A DNA stretch of 64,000 nucleotides. It comes from an uncultured archaeon (GTDB taxonomy: Archaea; Asgardarchaeota; Heimdallarchaeia; Heimdallarchaeales; Heimdallarchaeaceae). Positions within the stretch are counted from its first letter, which is position 1; every line of letters starts with the position of its first letter. The stretch is from the NCBI GenBank assembly GCA_964534625.1, contig CAZHRF010000004.1:52841-116840 (forward strand). Direction: 5' to 3'. The notes under the pieces are model-generated. The model saw nothing but the letters and a program-made list of their open reading frames with translations, was not told the origin of the DNA and did not search any database. Both the position numbers and the translations under genes were made by a program. Below, piece by piece: positions 1-10,204 of the stretch.

Positions 1-2757
1 TTAGGACAATGGATGGATTGGGGAAACGATTATTTCACATACGATGATACAAACATTGAACATATCTGGTTTTTCTTGAAAAAATGTCATGAGAATGGTT
101 GGTTATACCAAGGAGAACGAGTTATGCAATGGTGTCCTCGTTGTGAGACTTCTTTATCAGCACATGAAATGGCTGATAGCTATAAACAGCTGACCCATAC
201 AGCAGTATTTCTGAAATTGCCGGTAAAGGGAGAAGAAAACACCTATTTTATTGTGTGGACAACAACTCCTTGGACGTTAACTGCTAATACAGCTTTAGCA
301 GTTCATGCTGATCTTACCTATTTACTAGTAGAAGAAAATAGTACTCGATATTACCTTGCTGAAGGTACTGAACATCATCTAAAGGGTGATTGGGAAGAAA
401 TAAAGCAAATATCTGGTAAAGACCTCATAGGGAAAGAATTCACTGGACCTTTTGAAGACTTACCCGTTCAAAAAAATCTAGAAAAACGACCGGTAATCAA
501 ATGGGATGAAGTTTCGAATGATGAAGGCTCAGGAATCGTCCATATTGCTCCTGGGTGTGGTGTCGAAGACTATGAATTAGGAGAGATTCATGATCTTCAA
601 GTAATTTCCCCTATTGATGAAACAGGACGATTTTTAGAAGATTATAAGTATCTTGCTGGCATTACAACCAAAGAAGCTGTAGATGTTATAATTAATAATT
701 TGCAGGAGAAAGGACTTCTATACAAATATGAAAATTATACGCACCGTTACCCTGTTTGTTGGCGCTGTAAAACCGAATTGGTATTTAAATTGGAACATGA
801 ATGGTTTATTGACTGCGATGAAATTCGTCCTTTACTGAAAGAAACAGCAGAAAAAGTTCTTTGGGAACCACCATATCTTGCAAAGGATATGCAAAACTGG
901 CTAAATAATATGGATGATTGGTGTATTAGTAGGAAAAGATATTGGGGTCTACCTTTACCATTTTATAAATGTAAGAATTGTGACCAGCTCACAGTAGTTG
1001 GTACAACAAAAGAATTAGCTGAACTAGCCATTGATAAGGATGCCCTTGAATCATTACCCGAATTACATAAACCTTGGATTGATGATATAACCATTGAATG
1101 TCCAAATTGTGGTGAGGAAGTAGAAAGAATTCCAGCGGTAGGTGATTGTTGGCTTGATGCAGGTATTGTTCCTTTTTCAACCTTGCATTATTTAGAAGAT
1201 GAAGCTCATGAGTACTGGAAAAAATGGTTTCCAGCTGAGCTCATTGTGGAAATGAAAGAACAGATTAGACTTTGGTTTTATTCACAATTGTTTATGTCTG
1301 TTACTATAATTGGTGATACGCCCTATAAACGTGTAATTGCGTTTGAAGAGGTGCGAGATGAAAAAGGTGAAAGAATGTCTAAGACAGCCGCTAATGCCAT
1401 TACTTTCGATGTAGCAGCTGAAAAAATGGGTGCTGACATTATGAGATGGATGTATTCATCAGCAAATCTCAAAAACCAACTTAATTTTGGATTCAATCTT
1501 GGTAAAGAAGTCAAAAGAAAAATGTTAGGGTTATGGAATGTTGCATATTTTCTATTATCATCTGCTCAAGCTGATGAATACACAATGAATAAAATTAAAC
1601 CTTATCAAGAGCGAGAAAAACAAAAAATTATTGATAAATGGTTGTTGGCCGAGGTACAAAAATCACTTGAAATTATCAGACACAGCTATGATGATCTAAA
1701 CATTCAAAAAGTAACAGAGGAAGTTGAAGACTTCATTGAATTAATATCAAATTGGTATGTACGAATGAATAGAAGGCGTTTCTGGAAAAATACCAATGAT
1801 GATGACAAGAAAGAAGCCTATGGAACCTTATACGAAGCCTTGATCGTACTTATAAAAGCGATAGCTCCTATTGTTCCATTTATTACCGAAACATTATATC
1901 AAAATCTTGCAACAGAAGACGAATATGTTACTAAACCAAGTGTTCATTTATGCTCATTTCCAGAAGTAAATGAGAAACTTAAGAACCCAAAATTGATCAA
2001 ACAATTTGATTATGTTGCCAAAGTTATCTCTATGGCGTTGAAACTACGAAATAACTCTCAATTGCGGATTAGATTACCCCTGTCGTCTCTTGACATTTAT
2101 TCAATTCATCCTGAAGTTAGAGAAGCTATTGAATTATTCAGCAAACAGATTAAGTCAGAATTAAATGTGAAAAAGATTGAATTCAATGAAGATTTAACGG
2201 AATCAATTGTTTTTGAAATTCAACCCAATTATTCGGTTGTAGGACCAAAATTCAAAGAACAACTCAAATATATTGAAGAAAAATTGACCGAAATGTCACA
2301 AGAGAAACTAAATAATTTGTTCCAAAACCCAACAGCCGTAAAACTAGACATTAAAGGCGATTCGGTTGTTCTCAGTGAGGAAGATTATGATATTCACATT
2401 AAGGATAAAGAAGGCCATGCTACCATGTTTGAATCTGATATCATGGTGTCATTAGACCTTGAATTGAATCCTGAATTAAAAGCTGAAGGCTATGCAAGAG
2501 ATATCGTTAGATATATCCAGAATATGCGACGAGAAATTGATCTTGAAATTACTGAAGAAATTAATCTGGCAATAATAATAAAAGAAATGCCTTCTGAACT
2601 TGTCGATATAGTTAAGGAGTTCATTGATTATATAGCTTCTGAAACATTGGCTGCTAACGTAAAATTCAATGAAACGCTTGAAGAAGTTCAGAAAGAAACA
2701 GAAATGAAGGTAGATGATGTAGCTATAGATTTACAAATATGTCCTGTAAACTCTTAA
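1..2757 (+). CDS. ileS: Isoleucine--tRNA ligase (5' end outside window)
   Basis: Frame open from base 1. WTTTPWTL editing motif, GSGIVHIAPG, DWCISRKRYWG, RMSKT (KMSKS variant), C-terminal EGYARDIVRYIQNMR of archaeal/eukaryal-type IleRS. Confidence 0.96.
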   Translation, partial: LGQWMDWGNDYFTYDDTNIEHIWFFLKKCHENGWLYQGERVMQWCPRCETSLSAHEMADSYKQLTHTAVFLKLPVKGEENTYFIVWTTTPWTLTANTALAVHADLTYLLVEENSTRYYLAEGTEHHLKGDWEEIKQISGKDLIGKEFTGPFEDLPVQKNLEKRPVIKWDEVSNDEGSGIVHIAPGCGVEDYELGEIHDLQVISPIDETGRFLEDYKYLAGITTKEAVDVIINNLQEKGLLYKYENYTHRYPVCWRCKTELVFKLEHEWFIDCDEIRPLLKETAEKVLWEPPYLAKDMQNWLNNMDDWCISRKRYWGLPLPFYKCKNCDQLTVVGTTKELAELAIDKDALESLPELHKPWIDDITIECPNCGEEVERIPAVGDCWLDAGIVPFSTLHYLEDEAHEYWKKWFPAELIVEMKEQIRLWFYSQLFMSVTIIGDTPYKRVIAFEEVRDEKGERMSKTAANAITFDVAAEKMGADIMRWMYSSANLKNQLNFGFNLGKEVKRKMLGLWNVAYFLLSSAQADEYTMNKIKPYQEREKQKIIDKWLLAEVQKSLEIIRHSYDDLNIQKVTEEVEDFIELISNWYVRMNRRRFWKNTNDDDKKEAYGTLYEALIVLIKAIAPIVPFITETLYQNLATEDEYVTKPSVHLCSFPEVNEKLKNPKLIKQFDYVAKVISMALKLRNNSQLRIRLPLSSLDIYSIHPEVREAIELFSKQIKSELNVKKIEFNEDLTESIVFEIQPNYSVVGPKFKEQLKYIEEKLTEMSQEKLNNLFQNPTAVKLDIKGDSVVLSEEDYDIHIKDKEGHATMFESDIMVSLDLELNPELKAEGYARDIVRYIQNMRREIDLEITEEINLAIIIKEMPSELVDIVKEFIDYIASETLAANVKFNETLEEVQKETEMKVDDVAIDLQICPVNS

Positions 2758-2890
2758 CAAATTCCTTCAATAGTTTTTATTTTTCATTTCTATTTTATTT
2801 TACTTTCTACTTTTTTTAGGTGTACTTACTCCTTTATATACCCTCTCAAAATAACGTGAAAAGAGAAGCAGCAAAGACAAAAAACAGGGT

Positions 2891-2917
2891 TGTGGGAGAA
2901 AAAATCACAATGGTTGG
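2891..2917 (+). repeat. Dispersed intergenic motif, copy 1 (TGTGGGAGAAAAAATCACAATGG); copy 2 at 51812-51833
   Basis: Near-identical TGTGGGA-A(n)-CACAATGGTTG in two intergenic regions; TGTG/CACA can pair. Confidence 0.5.
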
Positions 2918-3014
2918 AAATAATAAAAAAGTAAATCTAAAAAGTAGCTATTCATTTCATACAAGACGATAAATAAGTTATCTAACATAGGGATAATGAG
3001 TGTAAGGGGAAATA

Positions 3015-3166
3015 ATGATCTTGACACTTATCGCTCCCAGGTGTAACAACACTGGATACCTTGGTATTCTTGTGTTGTTCTCCTTTTATCACGTGTCCAG
3101 TTGGGTGAGGTGATACACTGGCGGGTGTATTGGGTTACGTACCCAGTTGTACCCAAAAGAACTCAT
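3015..3166 (-). mobile_element. Putative non-autonomous element or recombination site truncating the DUF1624-like gene
   Basis: GC-richer ~150 bp with several hairpins. Reverse complement of 3131-3166 matches 58490-58525 at 32/36. Confidence 0.5.
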
Positions 3167-3503
3167 GATAACCTGTAATACTTTCAGTTAAATATGCAAT
3201 TATAAGTAAAAGGAAACCAACGATTAATTGCTTCTTTAAGACTCTACTAACAGCTAAACCTTTTTTAAGATTATTTTGCATGGAAATAGAATTACATATA
3301 GTTGAAATGAGCAAGAAAAAACCGGCCCAACCACCAAGAAAAGCAATCACTATTAATATTCATGTACTAAAAATAGGTCTTTGTTCAATCGAAGACCAAG
3401 AATCAGTCCAGCTACGATCATAGACACGCATAACAGTATGTAATATTAACATAATCCATATGGCGATTCCACGGAGGAAATCAAGAGAAGCATAACGTTT
3501 CAA
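3135..3503 (-). pseudogene. DUF1624 / heparan-alpha-glucosaminide N-acetyltransferase-like membrane protein, disrupted
   Basis: TTG at 3503 gives MKRYASLDFLRGIAIWIML (R-x2-SLD-x-LRG-x-AI signature). In-frame TGA at 3362-3360, frame continues into the 3135-3350 ORF, and protein-like sequence ends after GYH at the repeat element. Confidence 0.75.
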
Positions 3504-3647
3504 TTTAGGTACCTATCAATTGCCAGCAAAACTATTATTTAATATTTATCCTAAGTATCGAACTAAGAGATATAAAAAAAATCCAAGCATAAGGAAAAAT
3601 ATCATTAAACTTCCAAATCTTCCTAAAAAAACTCATAACAACATTTT

Positions 3648-4343
3648 TTAATCAAAAAAATCAAAATCTTTTAGTTTATTTGAGTCTTCAACGGACAAAG
3701 GAATAATAAGCTGTTTTCTCTGGGGATGTTTTTGCTCTTTGTATCTATATAATGGAATTGTCAATGTCAAACAAAAGGTCAATAAAGCTAGTCCTTTATC
3801 TGATAGAAAGTTAAATACGAAGACATAGGTAGGTAAGGCTAAAATAACTAATTTAAAGACCCATTTGAATACCGAAAATAATTTTATATTTTTAAATTGT
3901 TTAAATTCGGAAAGTACGGGCATACTATTGAGAAATACAATAAATCCAAGTATTTGAATAGCTAATGAAAGCCAAATATTGTATGTACTAATGTATCTTC
4001 CTAAGATCATTAACCCTCCTCCTATTATAGAGAGGAGGAACAAGACGCCTGTGATATTTGCTGTAATCAAACAATCAAAATCTTTTATTTCGCTAGGTAT
4101 TTGAAATTCCAGCTCGTCCTCGTTTTCATGCTCTATAGGGACTGAATAGATCCAAAAAAAGAATTTACGGATAGGATAGCGGATCATTGTGAAAGTCAAC
4201 CTGAATCCTTTAAGAAATTTTTTTGGGATAAGTAGCAGGAACAGGCGGAGCGAAAGAGAATAGAGCCAGAATCTCAAATAGAATAGCAGAACCTCTAATA
4301 GAACGACCAATGAGTCATTTATTAGATAGGATAGATTTGTCAT
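3648..4343 (-). CDS. Hypothetical integral membrane protein, possible degenerate paralog of the 38629-39387 M50-like protein
   Basis: 240-aa ORF with several hydrophobic helices; ATG at 4343 is the likelier start. Confidence 0.65.
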   Translation of the reverse strand: MTNLSYLINDSLVVLLEVLLFYLRFWLYSLSLRLFLLLIPKKFLKGFRLTFTMIRYPIRKFFFWIYSVPIEHENEDELEFQIPSEIKDFDCLITANITGVLFLLSIIGGGLMILGRYISTYNIWLSLAIQILGFIVFLNSMPVLSEFKQFKNIKLFSVFKWVFKLVILALPTYVFVFNFLSDKGLALLTFCLTLTIPLYRYKEQKHPQRKQLIIPLSVEDSNKLKDFDFFD

Positions 4344-4408
4344 GTCTGTCTGCACCTTAATAGTGTACAAATGAATATATAAAGTTGAATGAGAGAATAA
4401 ACACTCTA

Positions 4409-6313
4409 CTATACCTCTAATATATAGTGGTGACTAGATGCCACAGATTTAGTAGAAACTGAGTCTTTTTTCTTTTTTAGAATAACCCGAGGAAGAATTA
4501 TTAAAACAATCCATATGGCGATTATTGCTCCTCCTTGAATTATTTGCTGCTGGTTATTGACTATTTGAGCAAGGATTGTATCTGCAGATAAATCATCAAA
4601 CCCCCTACTTATTATGGATAAGTCATAGACAAAAGAAGTAAGTAGTAGATGGCTTCCTTCTCCCTGAAAAGTTAGCTTGAACAACAATTCAGCTAATCCT
4701 TGAGGAATTATGAAATTAAAACTGAACTGGAAAGGATCTATTGTCTTAGTTTTATCTGATATAATAGTGTTATCGAGGTATATAGCTAAGGAAACTTTAT
4801 CTACTGGGATGGCATTTATTTCTGTCCATACCATATTCACTGTCAATGAGTAATCTTCGCCTGGATTAGCAATTTCAAGAACATCATATAATTCAACGGT
4901 TTTAAATTTTATAGTTGAAGAGACCTGCACTTCTTCTGGGGTACCTATTAATTCTTTGGAAACAGTTGTAGATAACGTCTCTATTTTCTTCGCTTCTAAT
5001 CTAAGATCATTATAGATATAGAAATGTCCTTTTCCAAATGATTCTCCTTGAAGAATCAGAAAGATTGGAGCTGTAAATTTCAAAGAATATCCCTCTATAA
5101 TCAGTTTATTCTTATTTGTTGATTGTTCAGAATACACTATTTGTGATTTAGCAATATATGCTGAATTTTGTTCGATATACACATCTATACCCGCATAAAA
5201 GCGAGAGCCTTCACAGCTATAATTGAATGATAAGCGGAAAACTGAATTTTCATAGATATATGAAGGTTTATAGTCTGTAATGTCTATTTTAGCACTCAAT
5301 TGTTTATCCCATTCTATTTTGGATATATAGTCCTCAATAGGATCAGGATCAGGTTCAGGTTCGGGATCAGGGGGGTTTTCACTATCATCTGGTATCTCTT
5401 TATCTACTTTCTCATAATTCACAATAAGATCAAAGTTTTCAATTGTTAGCACTGTTTTGAGAAAGCTTATTTTGAAAGAAAATTCTATGATATTAAGACC
5501 AGTTGAAAGGTTCCCTTGAAATTCCCAGTTAGTTATAGTATTGTAATTAGTTTGAGAACCATATTTTGTATCATTAATTTTTAGTGTAAGTGTACTAGAA
5601 AAAGCATCAAAATCATTACTATCAAGAGTTAACAAAATATTTGTTTCAACAGTTTCAATATCTTTTGATGCAGATGATTTAATAATAATACCTGAACTAA
5701 TGGTAAAACTGATTGAACTATAAGGTGCAGATTCAGTATAATATGTAGGGGGGGTCACTACAAGCTGTTGTGTAAAGTTTTCTTTTGTAGCTACAGTAGG
5801 GATATTTAATTTTTCGAATCCACTTGTATTATAAAGCGTAAGTGATCCTGTTTGACCTATAGCAGATTTTCCTTCAGCAGTTATTACTATACTAGCTAAA
5901 CCATTAAAAGGCATATCCAAAAGAAGAGAGAAAGAAAGGCTATGATTCAAAGTATCTTGCAGTGTAGAGAGTATCTTGCAGGATAGAGACTTATTTAAGG
6001 TAAGAATATTTAACTCTACTTTAATACCAGCCATTGAAGAAGGGTCACCTGACGAAGAAAAGTGAAAAGTAAAATAATTAAGGTAAGAAAGGTCTAGAAA
6101 GATCTCAAAAAAGTATTCCTGAGACTTGCCTGAACTGTTATACACATAGTTAATAGATGAACCAATAGTATTGATTGGGGTTGTATCTATCGATCTAGAA
6201 GTACGAGGGGTGATTTCCTTAGTTGTTGCATTAACTACTAAGGGTGAAATAATTAAACTATATATTAGTATAGTATACACTATCGTGTATACTCTAATTT
6301 GTCTGCCTATCAT
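4409..6313 (-). CDS. Secreted, C-terminally anchored beta-rich surface protein; paralog of 28362-30407
   Basis: Signal peptide, PDPEPEPDPDP linker, C-terminal TM followed by KKKK; collinear motif matches to 28362-30407. Confidence 0.8.
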   Translation of the reverse strand: MIGRQIRVYTIVYTILIYSLIISPLVVNATTKEITPRTSRSIDTTPINTIGSSINYVYNSSGKSQEYFFEIFLDLSYLNYFTFHFSSSGDPSSMAGIKVELNILTLNKSLSCKILSTLQDTLNHSLSFSLLLDMPFNGLASIVITAEGKSAIGQTGSLTLYNTSGFEKLNIPTVATKENFTQQLVVTPPTYYTESAPYSSISFTISSGIIIKSSASKDIETVETNILLTLDSNDFDAFSSTLTLKINDTKYGSQTNYNTITNWEFQGNLSTGLNIIEFSFKISFLKTVLTIENFDLIVNYEKVDKEIPDDSENPPDPEPEPDPDPIEDYISKIEWDKQLSAKIDITDYKPSYIYENSVFRLSFNYSCEGSRFYAGIDVYIEQNSAYIAKSQIVYSEQSTNKNKLIIEGYSLKFTAPIFLILQGESFGKGHFYIYNDLRLEAKKIETLSTTVSKELIGTPEEVQVSSTIKFKTVELYDVLEIANPGEDYSLTVNMVWTEINAIPVDKVSLAIYLDNTIISDKTKTIDPFQFSFNFIIPQGLAELLFKLTFQGEGSHLLLTSFVYDLSIISRGFDDLSADTILAQIVNNQQQIIQGGAIIAIWIVLIILPRVILKKKKDSVSTKSVASSHHYILEV

Positions 6314-6511
6314 TGTCTGTCAACTAATAAATGTCTCATTTCGTTTATAAAGCGGATAAAAGCGGTCTTATGATATTATAGGCATACACACAACTAAACA
6401 AAGTTGTGTAAAACTTAATGATTAAAATTGACAATAAACACGCATGTGACGATCCACATAGTACAGAATAAGTTTTTTATTGATAAAAAATGAAACAGTA
6501 AATAGAAGGCT

Positions 6512-7882
6512 TTAGTCTAATTCTTCACGGACGATATTTTCAGTTTCTTCTGTCTTTGTTTCTTCTTGAATTGAATCTTTTATTTGGGCTATTTTTTCTT
6601 TTCCTACAATAGGCATCAAATAAATCAATGGTGAGATCCCAATAAAGTAAATGATTGCTGTGACCATGAAAGCCAGACTAAAGTTATCATCACCAATTAA
6701 AAAGCCTCCAAGAACCGCGCTGATATTCCAAAATAACCCAAAGCTAATTGTTTTGATGGCATTAAGTTTTCCTCTATGTCTTTTAGGAATCACATCCATC
6801 AGAATGCTTCTGCTTAAAGGTTCAGAAGCGTTCATAAGTGATCCCCTTGCTATGAAAAGGAAATAGAGTAACCAAACAGGAGGATAAAAAATCAACGCGA
6901 CTAAACACAGTGTGGCACTAAGCTGAGTTATAAAAATCAACTGCACACGTCCTCTTTCTAGTGAAAATTGTTGGCTAATAATTCCGGAAACTCCTGTAAA
7001 AACACTAGTTAATCCTAGTATTAGCTGTACGTCAATGGGGGTAAGACCATAAATATCTTTTAGGAAAATTGGGAAGAACTTGACTGTCATACCAGCTCCC
7101 ATTCCTATAATAATTGAGCTACTGACTAATAAAATAGGTATAAGTTTAGCTGTTTTCGAATAAGAAATATCAGCATACACTGCACTTAGTTCTTTACTTT
7201 CTTGAATCTTTACCGTCTCTTCAAGTATTTCTTCACTTTCTTCACCCAATGAACGCTTGTCCTTAAAGAAAACCATAACAATTAATGAGAGAAAAGAAGC
7301 CAATATACCAATGGTCATCACTTGCTTGAGAATAGATATTTGCCATTCATTTCCAAAAATTAAAAACAAAAAAATGGTAGTTATGGGACCAGAAGCTTGT
7401 GCTACTTGTCTGGCAAAGTGTAACCATGAGAAAATTCTTGATCTTGTCCCAGACTCGATAGAATCTGCTAATATTGATTCTAAACTAGGTCGAGTTAACG
7501 CTTGAAATAGCCCCCAAAGGAATAAAGTAACGAAAATGGCAGGTATTGTATCATATATTAGTATTACTAAAAGACTCGCAACACCAACTATAGCTGCTGT
7601 TCTAAGAACGGTATCTCGCCCTATCTTATCGGCAATATATCCTGAAGGAAATACAAATAAGGTTAATGTTAAGCCTGTAGCCCCACTAGTAAGCCCCAAA
7701 AGTTCATTAGGTGTAAAACCATAAGAGTTTTCAGAGATCTCGGCAATAATTACGATATAATTAGATAGCACAGAGCCCATCCAAATACCTCTTCCAAATG
7801 ATTGTAAAATGGAGAATAAAAAGACTAGTTTCACATTATAATTCATAGAACGTAATGTAGTTTTAATACTTGAAGAACTCAT
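6512..7882 (-). CDS. MFS transporter
   Basis: About 12 TM helices; GYIADKIGRD motif A. Confidence 0.92.
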   Translation of the reverse strand: MSSSSIKTTLRSMNYNVKLVFLFSILQSFGRGIWMGSVLSNYIVIIAEISENSYGFTPNELLGLTSGATGLTLTLFVFPSGYIADKIGRDTVLRTAAIVGVASLLVILIYDTIPAIFVTLFLWGLFQALTRPSLESILADSIESGTRSRIFSWLHFARQVAQASGPITTIFLFLIFGNEWQISILKQVMTIGILASFLSLIVMVFFKDKRSLGEESEEILEETVKIQESKELSAVYADISYSKTAKLIPILLVSSSIIIGMGAGMTVKFFPIFLKDIYGLTPIDVQLILGLTSVFTGVSGIISQQFSLERGRVQLIFITQLSATLCLVALIFYPPVWLLYFLFIARGSLMNASEPLSRSILMDVIPKRHRGKLNAIKTISFGLFWNISAVLGGFLIGDDNFSLAFMVTAIIYFIGISPLIYLMPIVGKEKIAQIKDSIQEETKTEETENIVREELD

Positions 7883-8308
7883 ATTCTTTCCTCACTTTCT
7901 GAGAGATAAACTCAAATCTCTATTAAAAATATTGTTAAACGACAAATAAAGATAATAAACAGTCAACAAAAAATAATCTGATCAATGCAAATTTTCTAGT
8001 CTTCTCTTCTCTCTCTCTAGGAGCATTTGAGCTATTTCATGATCTGAAAAAATGAGTTTGGTATTTATAGCACCATTTAATCTGACCGACGATTTTAAGT
8101 TCAGCTATTAGAGAGTAAAATTCATTCAATGGTTAAAAATAACATAGTTGAAGGATCTATCACTAATATTGAAAAATTATTTACCGACTCTTTTAATATC
8201 ATGAAACAAAACACTTAGCATGAAAAGATTCTTGCAAAAAATCCGAATAAATCTGGAATATGACATAAACATTAAAATTTAAAAAAAAGGAAATGAGAAC
8301 TTCTGAGT

Positions 8309-9898
8309 CTATATTGTATAACTACTCGAAGTTTCTATATTTTGTGATGAATCGTATATCCAATCCGTTTTAACAATATCTTCAACAGTTACTGTATGTG
8401 TACCTGTCTCACAATATTCTTGTTTGAAGTAAGCAATACCATTACTATCTGTAAGCGCGGTCATTGTTGTACTAGTACCATCAGGAAAAGTCCAAGTTAT
8501 TGTTACTTCAGCATTAGCTACAACATTACCATCTCCATCAACTACCAAGATGAATGCCTCTAAAATTCTGTTTGGATATCTACCGCGTTTGTAGGTATAC
8601 TCCCAATCAATAGATTGAACATGCATTGTATTACTTAATTCACCTTCACTGTTTTCTACTGTGATCGATATTTGATCTGAATTTGTATTTCCTGAAGTAT
8701 CATAAGCAATAGCTTTTATGATGTAACTACCGTTCTCTACCGTTGTTGAATCCCAAGAGATACTATAAGGCTCTGATGTGTCAGTGCCTATCAAAGTATT
8801 ATCTACATAAAATTCGACTTTAGAAACGCCTACATCATCACTGGCATCAGCACTTATTGTCACAATACCAGATACAGTAGCACCATCAGCAGGATCAGTT
8901 ATGGTAACTGTTGGCGGAGTTGTATCATCACTACCCCCACCTGAACCTATACCTGAATTAAGACCAGCATGATAAATTATTTTACCTAAAGAGGTTGACG
9001 CGAGTTTTAATTGGTCTACATTCCAATAATAAAGTTGGTCTGTTGTTCCTTCAATTTCAACTCCATGGTGAACTGTGACTATTTTATTATCAAATCCATA
9101 AACTATTTCTTCAAGAAAGGCTTGGTAATAATCACCAACATCTTGCCCTTCATAACCAGTAGTTCTTCCTTCTCTATCTGGACCCATATTTGAGTATTGT
9201 GCAACCCATAATGCTTCATCATGCGCAGTATCATTATGCAAAGATAATGTAATATCTGGTCGTATTGAATCAAATTCGATTTCATATGCATCTAACGCTC
9301 GATCCGTAGCTTTTTCATGGCAAGAATGATAAGACATACGGTACATGTAATCGCCTATCCGTCCAGAATAATCTTCGTGCTCTTTTCCATTTTCAGTAGC
9401 GTCATCGTCAGTATGCATAGGATTACCCAAATCCCCAAGGTAATGAGCAAGAAGTCCTAAAGATTTTCTAGCATCAGACGTATAAACAGAATCTGAAGGC
9501 TGTCCCTCATTAACCCATAAGGTAAGATTTCCTACAACCCAATCATATGTCCATTGTACAGCGTCAGGTGCACCCCGATCAGGAGGACCTCCACAATAAC
9601 CATAATCACCAAAATCATAATTGTGGTTAGTCCAATCTTGATATACCATGTCAGGTACCTCTGTCCAATAAAAGAATTCAGATATGTCTTCTTCGATCCA
9701 AGCAGTTAATTCAGGATAATTCTCTTTTACGTACAACATCCCATATTTTGCTATTTGATCATGTGTTCCATAATCTGGATTGCTCTCCGATGTGGATTTC
9801 CCTCCATTTGACCAAGCGTAAGCTTGATAGCATATAGAGGATATAAAAAGAAATCCAAATAGGATAGTTACAAAAGTTATTTTTGTTTTTTTTTCCAT
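8309..9898 (-). CDS. Secreted zinc-dependent phospholipase C / S1-P1 nuclease family protein with Ig-like domains
   Basis: Signal peptide ending AYA|WSNGG (mature N-terminal Trp), YGTHD, HYLGDLGNPMH, HSCHE; DTTPPTVTITDPADGATVSG Ig-like domain. Confidence 0.85.
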   Translation of the reverse strand: MEKKTKITFVTILFGFLFISSICYQAYAWSNGGKSTSESNPDYGTHDQIAKYGMLYVKENYPELTAWIEEDISEFFYWTEVPDMVYQDWTNHNYDFGDYGYCGGPPDRGAPDAVQWTYDWVVGNLTLWVNEGQPSDSVYTSDARKSLGLLAHYLGDLGNPMHTDDDATENGKEHEDYSGRIGDYMYRMSYHSCHEKATDRALDAYEIEFDSIRPDITLSLHNDTAHDEALWVAQYSNMGPDREGRTTGYEGQDVGDYYQAFLEEIVYGFDNKIVTVHHGVEIEGTTDQLYYWNVDQLKLASTSLGKIIYHAGLNSGIGSGGGSDDTTPPTVTITDPADGATVSGIVTISADASDDVGVSKVEFYVDNTLIGTDTSEPYSISWDSTTVENGSYIIKAIAYDTSGNTNSDQISITVENSEGELSNTMHVQSIDWEYTYKRGRYPNRILEAFILVVDGDGNVVANAEVTITWTFPDGTSTTMTALTDSNGIAYFKQEYCETGTHTVTVEDIVKTDWIYDSSQNIETSSSYTI

Positions 9899-10204
9899 TA
9901 TAACACCAAAGCAATAGCTTTGAATGCTAGAAGACTAGCTTAATTATAATTATTGTCTACAGAAATTTGGTAAAAAAACTAAATTTGTTTTTTGGTATTT
10001 TTTTGTCGGAACTTTAATAGGAATCCCTACAATTTTTGTCTTAACTGCAATAAACGATAAATTACTCTTAGACGCTGTCAATTTTTATTATTTTTTGCAT
10101 TACATATTGGATATTATTTGTTGAAAAATATACATATCCTGCCTGACATTTCTGAAATAATCTATTTTATTTTAATAATTACTCTACAGAGTAAATGTTC
10201 ATGC

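Noticed and set aside
3360-3362. In-frame TGA plus downstream hairpins as selenocysteine/SECIS
   Set aside because: The TGA is at the start of a hydrophobic helix in a family with no known redox Cys there, and the gene is also truncated. A nonsense mutation is simpler.
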